Made by a program: the position numbers and the translations under genes. A DNA stretch of 64,000 bases from Lytechinus pictus (taxonomy: Eukaryota): NCBI RefSeq assembly GCF_037042905.1, contig NC_087250.1, positions 17,176,001 through 17,240,000 of the forward strand, given 5' to 3'. Below, piece by piece: positions 37,701-52,045 of this stretch; position 1 is the first letter of the stretch, and every line of letters starts with the position of its first letter. The notes beneath the pieces are model-generated. The model was not told the DNA's origin and searched no databases. It worked only from the letters and a program-made list of their open reading frames with translations.

Positions 37701-38236
37701 GCAATATAATTAATATTCAAAACATCGTTGGCTAACCAACGACCCACGATGTGAAACTGTTATATTATAAAATAAGATTAATACACTCTTTTAAATTACC
37801 TACTAGAGCTATATACATCGTTGGGTGCGCCGCTAGCCAACGACCAACGATGTGACGGTGCCATGTAACATTTAAAACATCGTTGGCTAACCAACGACCC
37901 ACGATGTGAAGGTGCAATAGTACAAGATTAATACACTCTTTTAAATTACCTACTACTACTAGCTATTGCTATACATCGTTGGGTGCGCCGCTAGCCAACG
38001 ACCAACGATGTGACCGTGCAATGCAACATTCAAAACATCGTTGGCAAGCGTTTCAAAGTATGGTTTCACAAAACAGTTTAATATATGCATATCCTGGTTA
38101 GTGAGGTGATCGATGTCATTCACTCTCTATTTCTTTTTGTATTTTTTATACATGAAATATTTTCATTTTTTCTTCATTAAAATATGAAATAAAGTTTTAA
38201 TTCCCATTGAAGGAATTCAATGGGAATTGAATTCAA

Positions 38237-38266
38237 TTAGGGTTAGGGTTAGGGTTAGGGTTAGGG

Positions 38267-38307
<41 letters not shown>

Positions 38308-38327
38308 GGTTAGGGTTAGGGTTAGGG

Positions 38328-38368
<41 letters not shown>

Positions 38369-38397
38369 GGTTAGGGTTAGGGTTAGGGTTAGGGTTA
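38237..38397 (+). repeat. Interstitial telomeric repeat (TTAGGG)~26
   Basis: Pure tract with two TTTAGGG variants 61 bp apart. Confidence 0.97.
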
Positions 38398-39960
38398 TAT
38401 TCACATCGTTGGCATCGCCGGCAATGTTGGCCTCTACAACAGGCATATTCACATCGTTGGCATCGCCGGCAATGTTGGCCTATGTAAGATACATTCACAT
38501 CGTTGGCACTGTTGGCATCTACTACAGGCACCAACACATCGTTGGCATCGCGGGCGCTGTTGAGTGTTGGTATATACATACTAAACATACATTCACATCG
38601 TTGGCATCGCCGGCAAAGTTGGCCTATACTTACTAAAGATACATTCACATCGTTGGCATCGCCGGCAATGTTGGCCTCTACTACAGGCATATTCACATCG
38701 TTGGCATCGCCGGCAATGTTGGCCTATGTAAGATACATTCACATCGTTGGCACTGTTGGCATCTACTACAGGCACCAACACATCGTTGGCATCGCGGGCG
38801 CTGTTGGTATATACATACTAAACATACGTTCACATCGTTGGCATCGCCGGCAAAGTTGGCCTATACTTACTAAAGATACATTCACATCGTTGGCATCGAT
38901 GGCAAGGTTGGCCTGTACTACAGACACCAACACATCGTTGGCATCCTGGCCGGCGCTGTTGGCCTATACGTACTAAAGATACATTTACATTGTTGGCATC
39001 GTTGGCACTGTTGGCATCTACTACAGGCACCAACACATCGTTGGCATCGCGGGCGCTGTTGGCCTATACATACAAAAGATACATTCACATCGTTGGCATC
39101 GCGGGCAAGGTTGGCCTATACTACAGACACCAACACATCGTTGGCATCCTGGCCGGCGCTGTTGGCCTATACGTACTAAAGATACATTTACATTGTTGGC
39201 ATCGTTGGCACTGTTGGCATCTACTACAGGCACCAACACATCGTTGGCATCGCGGGCGCTGTTGGCCTATACCTACTAAAGATACATTCACATCGTTGGC
39301 ATCGAGGGCAATGTTGGCCTGTACTCTACAGTACAGACACCAACACATTGTTGGCATCGCGGGCAATGTTGGTCTACATAGGAAACTACAGATATGATCG
39401 CATCGTTGGCATCGCGGGCACTGTTGGCATGTACTACAGACACCAACACATCGTTGCCATGGCGGGCAATGTTGGTTTACATAGGCAACTACAGATATGA
39501 TCGCATCGTTGGCATCGAGGGCAATGTTGGCCTGTACTACAGACACCAACACATCGTTGGCATCGCGGGCAATGTTGGTCTACACATACTACGGAAATAT
39601 ACACATCGTTGGCATCGCGGACACTGTTGGTCTACATACTACAGAACACAGATATAGATCGTTGGCATCGAGGGCAGTGTTGGCCTGTACCGACTACAGA
39701 CACCAACACACCGCTACCATCGCGGACTGTGTTGGCCTACACGTACTACGAAAATATACACATCGTTGGCATCGCGGGCAATGTCGGCCTACATACTACA
39801 GATGCACACAGATATATATATAGATCGTTGGCATCGCGGGCAGTGTTGGCCTGTACTACGGACACCAACGCACCGCTAGCATCGCGGACTGTGTTGGCCT
39901 ACACGTACTACGAAAATATACACATCGTTGGCATCGCGGACACTGTTGGTCTACATACTA
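38398..39960 (+). repeat. ~45-55-bp satellite with cacatcgttggcatcg core and higher-order duplications
   Basis: About 30 units; block at 38400 is repeated at 38644. Confidence 0.92.
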
Positions 39961-40493
39961 ATCGCGCGCGCTCGCATCGTTAGCGTTACAGTGCAGTCTG
40001 AACACTTAGAATCTATTCAAAAAATACTTGTAAGTTGTAAATCATTCAATTATTTATTATAGCTGATTTTCTGATTTGATAGCTTAAGTACATCGTTGTG
40101 CGTTGGCTCTCCAACGATAAGGTAACGCAGTGTCCGGGTATTCTGCAGTTGTTCCTAGCTCTCTAAAGTAATTGAAGTTAAACTACTTAAAGTCTATATG
40201 TATACCAGAACAAGCATCATCTTCATTCTTGGCCATGATCTTTTACAATAGTCAATATAGTCAATAATTTTCAATGTAAAAAGAGACGTACCGGTATTAC
40301 TATTACGCTGAAAGTTAGTCGAATTTGAATTAAAAGTTCATTGAAGAACATGAGTTTTTTTGCCTGAGAATTGAGAAGAAGAAAGGGAGAAAGGCTGAGA
40401 AGAAGAAGTACTTAATTAGGAGAAAGAAGAGAAGGAGGAAGATAACAATTATTAACAAAGAGGAAGAGGAACAACATAGTCATACTTACTACT

Positions 40494-43447
40494 TAGCCAG
40501 GCGGCTTCTTGAGATGAGAGTAAAAATAATTTACTAACGTAGGCTTACTCTAAACGAAGCCAGGCAGTCCTCCCTATTCATCTGCGTGTACCGCAAAAAA
40601 CCCTGAAACTTTCGCCCCCGAGATTTCTACTTTCCTTCTAAAAGATCTAGCTCTAAATCATGTACATGTAGGTATGTGCGAATACGGGCGCATCGCGAGC
40701 GCTGGTTTTGGCTGCACGGTTTTCGCGCGGGTTTTGCTGCAAGTAGCATCGCCTCTGTCTGGGCGGCTCATCGAAAATGGGGTTTCATGCGCATGCGCAC
40801 ATAGTTGATGCAATCTCGTGCCTTGATACAGACAGTTGAAAATGTGCTCTTTCTGTACATATAAGTTTCAATGTGGATACTCGCCTGTGAAGTGTGGATA
40901 TCGGAGCTTGAAAGTTCATCAAATTTTTGGATGCGCAAATGATCAAAATTTTTTTATGGTAAGTAGAACTACGATCCAATTATGTATCTAAATTGTTTTA
41001 GAATATATTCAAATCTACAAAAAATGTCAAATCAAACGATTCTATCGTGACGCAGTCCAGATATAAGCGAAGCGAGCTACCCTTGTCACAGCCGGTCTCT
41101 CGGCAGTCGAGCTGCCCGATGCGGTGGGCTCCCGACGGTCTTTCGGCAGTCGAGCTACCGGTACCCGATGCGGAGGGCTTGGTGACGGGAGTGGTCGATA
41201 GTGAGTCGTTCATGCTGGATTGAACTGGATCTAAATTGTTCACTTGATAATATTGTGCCTTTTTCTGAAAATGTCTGTCATTATACCGTAGATTGTTATT
41301 CTGATATTGATTTAAATATATACATTTTGTCACAAAAACATTCTTTCCTCCTAAGGTTATAGAGTCAACATGACCATGTTTTACTTTGATTGTTCAATCA
41401 TGTTTTATCATTTGGAAACTGGATTCTTTTGGAAGTGGAATATTAATGTTGACTTATTAAATTAAAATGCAAAATCTATAGTGTTTTTTTTTTCTTTTGT
41501 AGAAAAAAAAAATGTTTTGAAACTTTTCAATCATGTTTCATTATTTTGGGACTGGATTTGCTTTTGAAAGGGGAATATCATAAATGTTGACTTTTTAATT
41601 AAAATGCAAAAATTATGTTTATTATTTAGTTTCTTTTTTTATATATTTTTTTAAAGTTTCATTTTTAAATTATTGTATTGTTTATTTTTTCATTTTTTTT
41701 TGGGGGGGGGGTCATATTTCAATATTTGGAGACTGGATTTGCTTTTGAAAGGAGAATATCTTAAATGTGATTTTTTTATTAAAATGCACAAACTAGATGT
41801 TGTTTATTTTTGTTTGTTGTAATTTTTTCACTCTTATGAGAAAATACATGAAAACTCAGAGGAAAGGATATTTCATTTCCAGATGGGTCTAACTCCTGTA
41901 TTTATGTTTTCTTTATTATTAATTGTACTATTTATTTTTTTATTCACTTTTCTTTTTTTAGGGGTGCAGGTGGGGGTTGTGTTTTGAATTGGAAAATGGG
42001 GATGGGATTGGTACAAGTTTTTGTGTCACTTTTGTTTCTCTTGTTTTTAGTGCTTGTTTGGAGCTTTGATGTTTGTTTTGTTGTTTAAAGCTTTGTTATA
42101 TATTTTTACTGGTTCCTTTTTGTTTTGTTTTGAAAGAAATAGACCACTCTTTTCCTTTTCTTTCGGCTTCGACTAATAATTTGAATTTATTTTTCTTTAA
42201 AAAGAGAGCTCAAACAGGGCCTTTGTAATACAATGTATGTATACAAATCTAAGAAATTGACAACTGATAGAATATATTAAAACTTCATTTTCGTCCTTCT
42301 TGATACTTGAAATAAATTGCATACAATTCTACATACATATTTTACACTCAGCTGCTCATTCCTTCTAAAAAAATGTAATCACATGTCCATTGTCTCTCAA
42401 ATCAAAAGCTACATATTATAACAAATTGTTGAAACAATAGAATACATAAGGAATTGGTGAAACAATCAAATACATCAGAAAAAACACACATATTTTTATT
42501 TGGTCAAACAAAGTACAAAATAATTTTTTTATATGTAAAAAAGGACCCCCGTACATACAAAATTACAATACTAAGTTGAAAAAGAGCTTGTAATTTATAT
42601 CAGAAAAACAAAGAAATACATTAGAAATTACAAAAACAATACTTTAGACAAATTTATTAGGAAATTATCTACATGATGCTGTTTTGATGCCAACTAAATT
42701 ATATGAATTATCTATCATAATCACCTTCATTTGGCAAAATAAAGAGGCGAGTAATTGTGATTTTCTGTTTGCATAATTAATTAGAATTAATTAGAAGAAA
42801 TTATTTTAAACAGAATAAGAAAGATTACAAGATGAATTGATGCACATCAATTGAGCCTTCTCTCACCTTTCCATTGATACCTAAATTACTTCATAGGGCT
42901 CAAAAACAAAGAAGTTAGAGCCTGTTGAAGACTTGGGTTCAAAATGGTCACAAAAACAAAATGGTCACAAAAATCGGTTCTGTACTCCATTGACTTTACA
43001 TACAGACAATGACCACAAATTTGGATCAATATGTGCGACTTAAACTGGAATAACTTTATAATTTCTTGATGAAAATTAAAGTTCTTGGTATCATTTTAAA
43101 GGTCTTTTTAAGAGCTTTCAAGTGATACCAAATTTATTCATATTTGATGATTTTCATTTTTTTTGTCACATACCTAGTACATGGGATAAAACTTCATTTC
43201 CGACATTTCTACGCTCTCGTTGTTATTTTTAAAACAAGAATTCATTTAAAAAATGTAAAAATATTGTGAAAAGACGGAAGAGACTTGCCCGATGTTTACG
43301 CCGCCATCTTGTTTCTTATTGTACTTCCCCAACGTTACGGACGCGAGCGTCGCGGTACACGCAGATGAATAGGGAGGACTGCCTGGCTTCATTTAGAGTA
43401 AGCCTACGTTAGTAAATGATTTTTACTCTCAAGAAGCCGCCTGGCTA
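40494..43447. mobile_element. ~3-kb non-autonomous element, TAG..CTA termini, ~100-bp TIRs
   Basis: tagccaggcggcttcttgag...catctgcgtgtaccgc / gcggtacacgcagatg...ctcaagaagccgcctggcta; no clean TSD. Confidence 0.8.
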
Positions 43448-44841
43448 GTCATACTCATACTTCATAAATCTAACTTTTAGTCAAAAAAGAAAAAGATTCA
43501 ATACAAGAATAAAACAAGGAAAATGGAACGAAATAGATCTAATGTTACATAACTAGGGTCTAGATCTACACTATAATTTGTGATATCTAAACTGCAAACT
43601 GTGCAATACACAATAGGTCTAACTAATTTCACTGGAAAAAGTTAATAACGAAAGAGAAATAAACTAGACAGTTTGCAGTTCATCCATGACAAGCCTTGTT
43701 TCCATCACTGTCTGTGTGCATTTGTGCGTTATCTCGACTTTGTGCGTTAACTTAACTTTCTGCAAATGCACCACCCCATATATGCACCATTGTTGCCTAT
43801 GAGATTATGCTTTGATGACCTCATTGGTAAAAGGAGTAGGGCAAAAAGGATGACAACATGGCCTGGAGAAGACAATTGAAGAGAGGGAAACGGGACGTGT
43901 TATCATACCAGTGCGGTAAAAATGATGAGGTTAGGGAGTACAATGTAAAACTAAAAGGAAAAGAACTTAACAGACTAACTATTAAACTGGGATAGAGAAG
44001 GGGAGAAACTACAGAGGAACGGTCGGTCACCTGCACCTTCCACGAGGACCGGTGGGAATACTTCCTTTGACATATATGTGATGCTGCCTTGGTCACTGTA
44101 GAAGCCCTTGGCTGGTAGAACTTGAAGGGTGACCCTATATGGTGAAGGAGGGAGACCCGTGGGTGGTGTGCGGGCAGGGGTCACGTACAGCGGGAGTAAT
44201 CTCAACCAGTCCTGCTGGCGCTCATAAGCTGCATAGACCCGGGGGGGGGGGGGGCACTTACATTGACGAGTGGATACCATGCGCGTCCACATAAAAAGGA
44301 TGTCTTTTTCAAGATAGGGCACGTTACGTTCGTAACGTAATAAGGGTGTCAAAAACACTAAAATATTGAAAAAAGGGTATTTCGCTAGGAAAGCTACATG
44401 GTTCGGGTAAAATTTGCGAGGGTATAAAAAGACAAAATATATGTTTTATAAACGATGTACTTTTTGCCCCGTCAACACTATGAGTTTGATTTGCGCGATT
44501 TGTAGTAGGTTGGGCCGTATACCCAATGATGTAGGTAAAAAGTCTTCATGAATATTCATTAGGTGGACTGGTGATGTCATATCACCACTTGTTCTTTTGT
44601 ATTTTATTATAAGAAGTTAAAACATTTTTACCAAGAACTAAAACAATAAGATTGAAAACTGGTTAAGTGCATTAGTTATTTATTGCCGCAAATTATTTCA
44701 TCATAATGGAGACACATCATTTACACATATTTGAAAAAATGAAACAATTATGATTTCATGGAATAACATAAGAAAAGGAAAAGTGGGGATGTGACATCAT
44801 CATGCCACCTAATGAATATTCATGACGATGTGCACATAACT

Positions 44842-45428
44842 CTGATGTGGTTTACGGTACACCATGTGAAGTGTTGTAGAAACAGTGGATAGGAGAAGAG
44901 AAGAAATGGATAGGCGAGAAAGTGGAGATTTGAGAGTAGAGTATTCTTTCTTGAAAGTAGTCCTGAAAAGGACTGTAAACCAGGAAAGATTGATGAGTTG
45001 AGAACAGCTTGAGTAGTAGAGCTAGTGAGGAGATGCTGGCTTGAGTCGGCGAGTAGAGATGATGAGTAGTAGAGAGACTCGACGTTTCGGGCAGGTTGAC
45101 TGTCCGTCTTCAGGAGTGGTGGCATGACGGACAGTCAACCTGCCCGAAACGTCGAGTCTCTCTACTACTCATCATCTCTACTCGCCGACTCAAGCCAGCA
45201 TCTCCTCACTAGCTCTACTACTCAAGCTGTTCTCAACTCATCAATCTTTCCTGGTTTACAGTCCTTTTCAGGACTACTTTCAAGAAAGAATACTCTACTC
45301 TCAAATCTCCACTTTCTCGCCTATCCATTTCTTCTCTTCTCCTATCCACTGTTTCTACAACACTTCACATGGTGTACCGTAAACCACATCAGCGATTGTA
45401 CATACCACCATGCAAACCTTCAAACAAC
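44842..45428. mobile_element. Penelope-like element: inverted pseudo-LTR pair with 3' tail and 14-bp TSD
   Basis: 267-bp arms 44842-45108 and 45126-45392, no mismatch seen by eye; 36-nt extension; TSD atgtgcacataact at 44828-44841 and 45429-45442. Confidence 0.85.
45077..45117 (-). ncRNA. Minimal type I hammerhead ribozyme
   Basis: ACUC-CUGAAGA-cggacagucaaccugccc-GAAAC-GUC-GAGU: core boxes, stem I ACUC/GAGU, imperfect stem II, GUC cleavage triplet. Confidence 0.75.
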
Positions 45429-46202
45429 ATGTGCACATAACTGTTTTCACAAAATATTAATCAACTTTAAAATTCAATAACTTCAATATCTGTTATCCGA
45501 TTTCGATGAATTTTTCATCATTTTGCTCTGTGAATTTTACTCTGTTTATTTAGATATATTTTCAGCCCATACCATCCATATATATATTTTCCTACTTTAT
45601 CAATATTAAAGCGTAACTTAAATTTATTTCATTTTAGACAATAAATGACAAAGTATGCAAAGTTACTATGATTAAAGTTGAGGCAAATGTTTAGACCAGA
45701 TTTTGCAAAACATATATCAAATTTCTGTATAGTCAAACAGTCCTCATAGAGTTGACTTACAGGAAAAGAATAATCATTTTTTTTTAATTAAGAAAATTGT
45801 CTCCAAATGGTCAAGACTATATAAATCGGAATATAATGAAACAATTGAATAAATTATAAGAGATGGTACAGGTCTACAATGTCTCATTATGGTCAAATGA
45901 AAGTTTTCACAAACAGAAATGATGTCAGAATCATTGCATTTGTTGAGAGACTTTAATATTCAGTAGACATTAGATAGGTCTGGTGGGTGTTAGTAATGAC
46001 AAAATATGACTTTAACAACTGGTGATCCTTTCTTAAGGAACTACATGTAATTCAGTGCTATTAAAAATGGAAATTTGTTTTTAATACAGTACCATTTAAA
46101 ACCAGTGGTTCATTAATTACATGTACATGTATGAATAGCTTTGTGAAGCATACACCTCATTTGATTACAGGTATCAATTTGAATCAAATTAAAGTGTTCC
46201 TT

Positions 46203-46678
46203 AGGTGGTTTCAAACCGCCTCGATCACAAGAATCCCCGTTAAATTACGAGAACATTTTTAGGCTAAAAAATACCCATTAATTATTCCTGCATTCACACC
46301 GCCCCAAAACATACACTTCGGGATAAATTCCTGAAGTTAGGAGCATGCGCAGTATGGTCTAATAAGCAGGCAAGGCGCGAGATTCAAAACCACTAGCCCA
46401 GCAGCCACCCACGGCGCCCGCGCCCAACGACACGCTGGGCTAAAAGTTCCCGTAAATTGCTTTCACATTGCCAAAATACCTGCGACCTTGGAAAAATCCC
46501 CGCGAAAGTTCTCGTAATTTCGCCAAGTACCTACTATTTAGCGGGTATTTTCTTTCGGGGAAATTACGCGTAGTTTGCTTTCACATTACCAAAATACCTG
46601 GTATTTTCAGATCGGGGTAAATTTCCCGATCAGAGAATACCTGGAACTGGCGAACTTCGAGGCGGTCTGAGACCACCT
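46203..46678. mobile_element. PIF/Harbinger-type MITE, 3-bp TSD
   Basis: ctt|aggtggtttcaaaccgcctcga...tcgaggcggtctgagaccacct|ctt. Confidence 0.88.
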
Positions 46679-47155
46679 CTTGACTGCATGATTACCCTCT
46701 TACAAAACAAACTGAAATCATGCTTGATCTTTATGTACACAAGCCCCCCTTCCCCGGATACTAATTCATGTACAATGTATGGACCAAAGTAGCCCAAACA
46801 GGTCTGTCACTCCAAACACCTAATTCCACCCCTCCTCCCCCTTCATTTTAAACTCTTTTGTGTATCATGTTTACATTCAAACAGCTTAGATTTCTTTTTT
46901 GGGGGGCTGCAGCATGATTAATAATGAATGAACTGCCAGCAACTTTCTGCCTCTTTGCAGCATTTGTACTTGATACTGCACTTCATGTTGTTACATATTG
47001 ACACTACATTTTTTTATTACACCTACACACATACTGTACAGCTTCTTATCGGTTTGCTTCAACAAAAGACTTCTACTACCTGTTCTACGCTATGAGGCTA
47101 CCTGGTGGGCCCGTCACTGTGTGTTCTGTATGAATGGTTCAGAACGGTGCTCAAA

Positions 47156-47204
47156 ATGTCGCTTACTTCTCCCTCATTACCTGGGAATATATGCAGAGTT
47201 GTAG
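47156..47204 (+). CDS. RAB11FIP: Class I Rab11 family-interacting protein-like, coding exon 1 (MSLTSPSLPGNICRVV)
   Basis: aaaATG, phase-1 donor G|gtaagt joins in frame to 52046 and supplies the first C2 strand. Confidence 0.75.
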
Positions 47205-50200
47205 GTAAGTTGGGCTCTGTTTTCAAATGTATTTTCTTCATGTGGTTTTATGTAAAGCAATGTGGTGAAGCTACAGAAGAGCCTCAGAAAATATTGATAG
47301 AAATTGTGATATGAATAATGATAATTAACACTTGTCTATTGTATCTTGAAATTTGGTAACGACAAGTTTCCAAGACCTGGAGGAATGATCTTTTGTTCAC
47401 TCATCCTCTAAGTAATGGAACAGATTTCTGAGACATTAAAAAAAAAACTTCATATGTTCTGTTCCCTTAGAATTTATGGAAGAGCGCCTTGAGCACTCAA
47501 CAGAGTGGATTTGGCACGGTATCATTATTATTATTATTATTACTATTATAACTATTGATATTATTATTATTGTTGTTGTTGTTGTTGTTGTTGTTGTTCT
47601 TCTTCTTATTATTATTAAGATCACAAACAAGACAGTAGTAAAATCCAGTACCGATGAAACACAGAGCAAGAATGATATGACCTTGATAATGATAGTGATG
47701 AAACGAAAAAATTATATGATTTTTTAACATAATGTAAGGTACAATAGTTCCATTCCTGTTAGAAGTTATAAGTTGAAAGAAAAAAATCCCCCAAAACAAT
47801 TATCACTTTACTTTGTAAATCTTCAGTCACAATTCCCAAAATAATCACATTTTTCGATTGTAAACAAACAATACCACAACCCAATAATGAGTCATTTACA
47901 TAGTTTACATGGTTCAGTGATGAAGCATGAACTTGGAAATATTGCAACCATTTTTAGATAGTCTATTATAAGGAGCAGACCATGTCTACATGTAGAACCA
48001 ATTTTTTTTACACAAAATAATATATAGGGCAATTCCATAGGTTGGTGGACATGAGCTCAATGTGTCTTTGTACATATAGCCCATCTGAACCGTAACATGA
48101 GTAACCACTTTATCTGCACCCCTAGTAAAAACCATGTGTTCTTTATTTTTTAATTATATACAAATTTGTCTCCCTAATATACTTCTTTGAAATGGATATA
48201 ATCAACTTTCATAAAAGCCTTGCATGAGGACACTTTTCACTTATGTCCACTTATCATTTTTTGCATGTCCAAATCATGTAACATGAGTAACCGACACATT
48301 TCAAAGATTTGCCAGGAGCATAATGAAATTTCCCAAGTTTTGTTTTTATACAAAGGATAGTCAGACTGCGTACTATGTTGTGATAAAGAGATGTTTAGTT
48401 CCTATCAATAATAATGGAGTTACAGCTCCAAGTATTCATGAGTCAGTTTATATGAATTTGTACATATTTCAAGTATCTCAACAATGAATCAGCCAGAGCA
48501 GTGGTTGTAGTACATGTACATTGTACATACATTGAACCCAATTGAGCTTCAGGAAATATTTTGTTACCGGTCCAAAAAAAGTAAGTATTGCCTTTACAGT
48601 CCTGGGATTTCTTTCATTTGTGTATTTAAGTTTTTATTGAAGTATAAAATCATCAGGAATCACAATATTTACAAACAACATGATAAAACATAAAATTATG
48701 GAACATGAGAGGGGGAGGCAGATAATGTTATAAAGTAAAACATGATGAAGTTTTCCAGAGGGAAGATCTGGGATGGGAAAAAAAATGACCGACAAACTAC
48801 AGTAAAAAAAATAAGATAACAGGCATAGAGTCCTGGGATTTCTAATTCATGGCACATTTATAAATTAAGGAAATGGAAAAAATAATAAATCACAATAATA
48901 AAGTCTACATGTAATGCAAATTTCTATGGTTGCATGTATGTCAAACATAAGTTGGTTCCTTTTTTGTGCAACCTACCTGTCTTATACTAGATCATGTTAT
49001 TGACCTATTCCCTACCCAGGCTACCTGGTTGGGTGAGAAAGGGTCTAAAAACTTTGTATTTTTGTACTATTTCTCAATCTTGCATTGTACATGCTGTCTT
49101 GTTTTTGATGAAGTGCCTAATAAAATAATAATAATAATAATAAATTCTTAAAAGTCATCTTGCCATATTTACAAAGGGAGTTGTTATTAGTTAAACAAAA
49201 CAGAATCTAACAGGGATTTTTTTCATTTTTGCAGGTGAAGTCATACTTCATCAGCGAACCATTATATGACTCATTTTTTGTGTGTGGTATAATTTTATTG
49301 TGTATTTACAATTGAAGAAAATGTAATTATGGAGGGAAGATTTGATGAAGATTGCAAAGTGAAGCGATATCTTTTCCTATTTATTATTTTGCAGTTCATA
49401 CTACATTACATGTACATGTAGGCATACAGTTTGTACACTGTACATCTCTGAACCTCTTTTTCTCTTTCTATTTCTGGTCGCTCCCCCCCTCTCTCTACCT
49501 CTTTTATACATAAAAATGTATAGTGAAGTTTTAATTTTCAATACAGTGCAACTATAATAACCCTTGTGAGCTTCATGCATTTTGATATAACGTAAACCGG
49601 GTATATAAAAGTTCTGGGAAAACATTGCTTGCTCAGTTTTATTAAAGTTCCGATCATTCCTAGTACTTGTTATCATAATCTTGTGCAAGCCCAAAATGTA
49701 AACATTGCTCATCAGTCTTGGGAAATACACTGTACTATGTACCTTTATGTATGCAGACAATTGTTTACATACTGTAAATAAAAATCTATGAAGGTCAGTG
49801 TATCAACAAATTTATGTTTATTCACACATGCCGAATGGTATTATTTGTAAAGTGTTGGAAGTGTGAATTCCAGCTGATGTGACAGAGAGAAGGAGGGGAG
49901 AGAGAGAGAGAGACAAGGAAGGGGGGGAGCAGAAAGAGGTGGGTGCATGGGGGGGGGGGGGTAGAGATGGGGGAGGGGGGAGGGAGAACAAGTGGAAGGG
50001 GTATGACTGAGAGGAAAGGAAAGGACTCAATACGTATCTCAGTAGTTAACATGAAAATTGTTGAATAGATTAATGATCTAGATTATGATGAAGTTATTAA
50101 TATTATGATTAAAAGCTACTGTTATCATCATGAATATCACAGTAACTAGGAACAGATTTGTTGAAAAAATATTGGTGTTTACAGTGTTACATGTACCTTT

Positions 50201-52045
50201 CTTTTTTTACATGGAACTTGATAGAATTGACAGCTCACTGAATTAAACAAAATAGGGGAAAGGGGAAACAACAGCAAAAATTAACACCCCCTTAAAAATG
50301 AAAAAAAAAGTATGGAAATACATGAAGACACTTGAATCTATTTGATCAAAGCTTTAGAAAGAAAACTTGTCATAATTTTTTACACACATATCAAAATACA
50401 GGATCTAAGATATTGTCAAGTAAAAAATAACCAGCATATTTGATTTCAATGAAATCATATTTCACTATCCTTCTTTTCAATAACAAAGCGCTAGTGTGTC
50501 TGGACATGTGTGTTACAATAACATAACAATAAAAATGATAAGAATGTATAATAGATGATAATGAGAATGATAATAGCAATCATGATAGCAATCATTATAA
50601 TAATAGCAATCATTTAAAAAAAAGTAAGACAAATTTTATCCCAATTTTATAGTGTGTGGCAAAAATAGTCAATCATGACTTTAATACAGTGTATTGCAAA
50701 ATACAAACAAGGAATGGAATGGATGAAATAGTAATAATAAAAACATGTTAAGTATAATGTTTATATAGTATAATACTAAATAGTTTTCATAATCAAAACA
50801 AAAACAATGAAACTAAGAACAAATACATAATTATGATGTAATACTGGTTTATGTAAAACACAAATCACAACTACTTTACCAACTAACATCAGTTTAGATT
50901 TGAGATCAATCACAAACTTTTGTGAGTTGTAAAGAGTTGTAATCAATCACAGCACATTGTTAAGCAGGATTCAGGGGATCGTTAAAAAATATGAAACAAA
51001 ATGTTTTTTTTAACTGACAATTGAAACTGAAATTCTTACATAATTGGCCCAAATCAATTTTTGTCTGTGTAAATCAAAGAGGCAACTGTATGAACAGTAA
51101 TCCTCCCTAGGGTTCTGTCATGGACGGAAATCCCAGTGGGGCAGCATCCCCCCTACACAAAATAGAAGGGGGGACACAATATCAAATGTCCCCCCTACTA
51201 TTTTGGGTCTTTTATGATGGAAAAAATACATCATTCAAAATCGGAAGAAATCATGTATTTTGGACGAGATGACCTTACTTTTTGGGTGATAACCTCTTTT
51301 TTGCTTGTCAAATTTTCCAGCCCCTTGTCCCCCCTACATGTACCTTTGTGGAGAGATTTCCGCCCTTGGGTTCCGTAACACAAATCAATGCGATAGATCA
51401 TACAGTTGATTTTCACAACCGATTTTGCATGGTGGACAATGTAATCAAACACAGAATTCAGATCTGGGCCCTGTCTTTAATACAAAGAGTTGTGATTTAT
51501 CCGATCAATCTCAACTATGGAAAGCCAGCAACCCCAATATCTACCACTCATGTTCAAAATATTTTCTAGATATGATGTACATGTATTCATACATGTATTC
51601 ATACATACATGTATGAATACATCATATCGATATGAACAATGTATTCATTGTTCTGTTGAAGACTCGGTGTAATTCTCTTCGTAATTCTCTCTATTACAAA
51701 GGACATTGTGCAAATTTCCGAAAGAAAAATTATGACATTGAAGGATTTCCATTTACAGCTGAGGTTAATTGAATCAATTGTAACTCTTTGTGTTACGTGA
51801 CCCTGGTGGGTGTTTCATAAAGCTGTTTGTAAGTTAAGAGCGACTGGTGAACCTTTCTTTCGTGCTAAATAATCACCAATGAACATTAAATGGTGAATAT
51901 CATTTACCATGAGAAAGGATCACTGGTCTTAAAGTCACTCTTACTTTATACAAGCAGCTTTTATTATGGAATGGCTCAGGTTTGTGTTTGTGATAATATT
52001 TTTCAATATGAATGATTTTTACACTTGTGTCCTTTTTGCACTTAG

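Larger units (their letters stand above)
37384..40155. mobile_element. GG..CC element with 8-bp TSD (Merlin-like) carrying satellite and telomeric repeat
   Basis: tagctctc|ggcttaactgcagaataccccgacactgc ... gcagtgtccgggtattctgcagttgttcc|tagctctc. Confidence 0.85.

Noticed and set aside
38237..38397. True chromosome end
   Set aside because: Short tract with a matching TIR/TSD pair on either side and continuous sequence beyond.
38398..39960. Conserved cacatcgttggcatcg core with variable intervals resembling a CRISPR array; Cys-rich ORFs
   Set aside because: The intervening sequences are homologous to each other and duplicated in blocks, so this is a satellite.
44820..45480. Two ORFs with identical peptide on opposite strands
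   Set aside because: A consequence of the inverted repeat; no recognisable protein.
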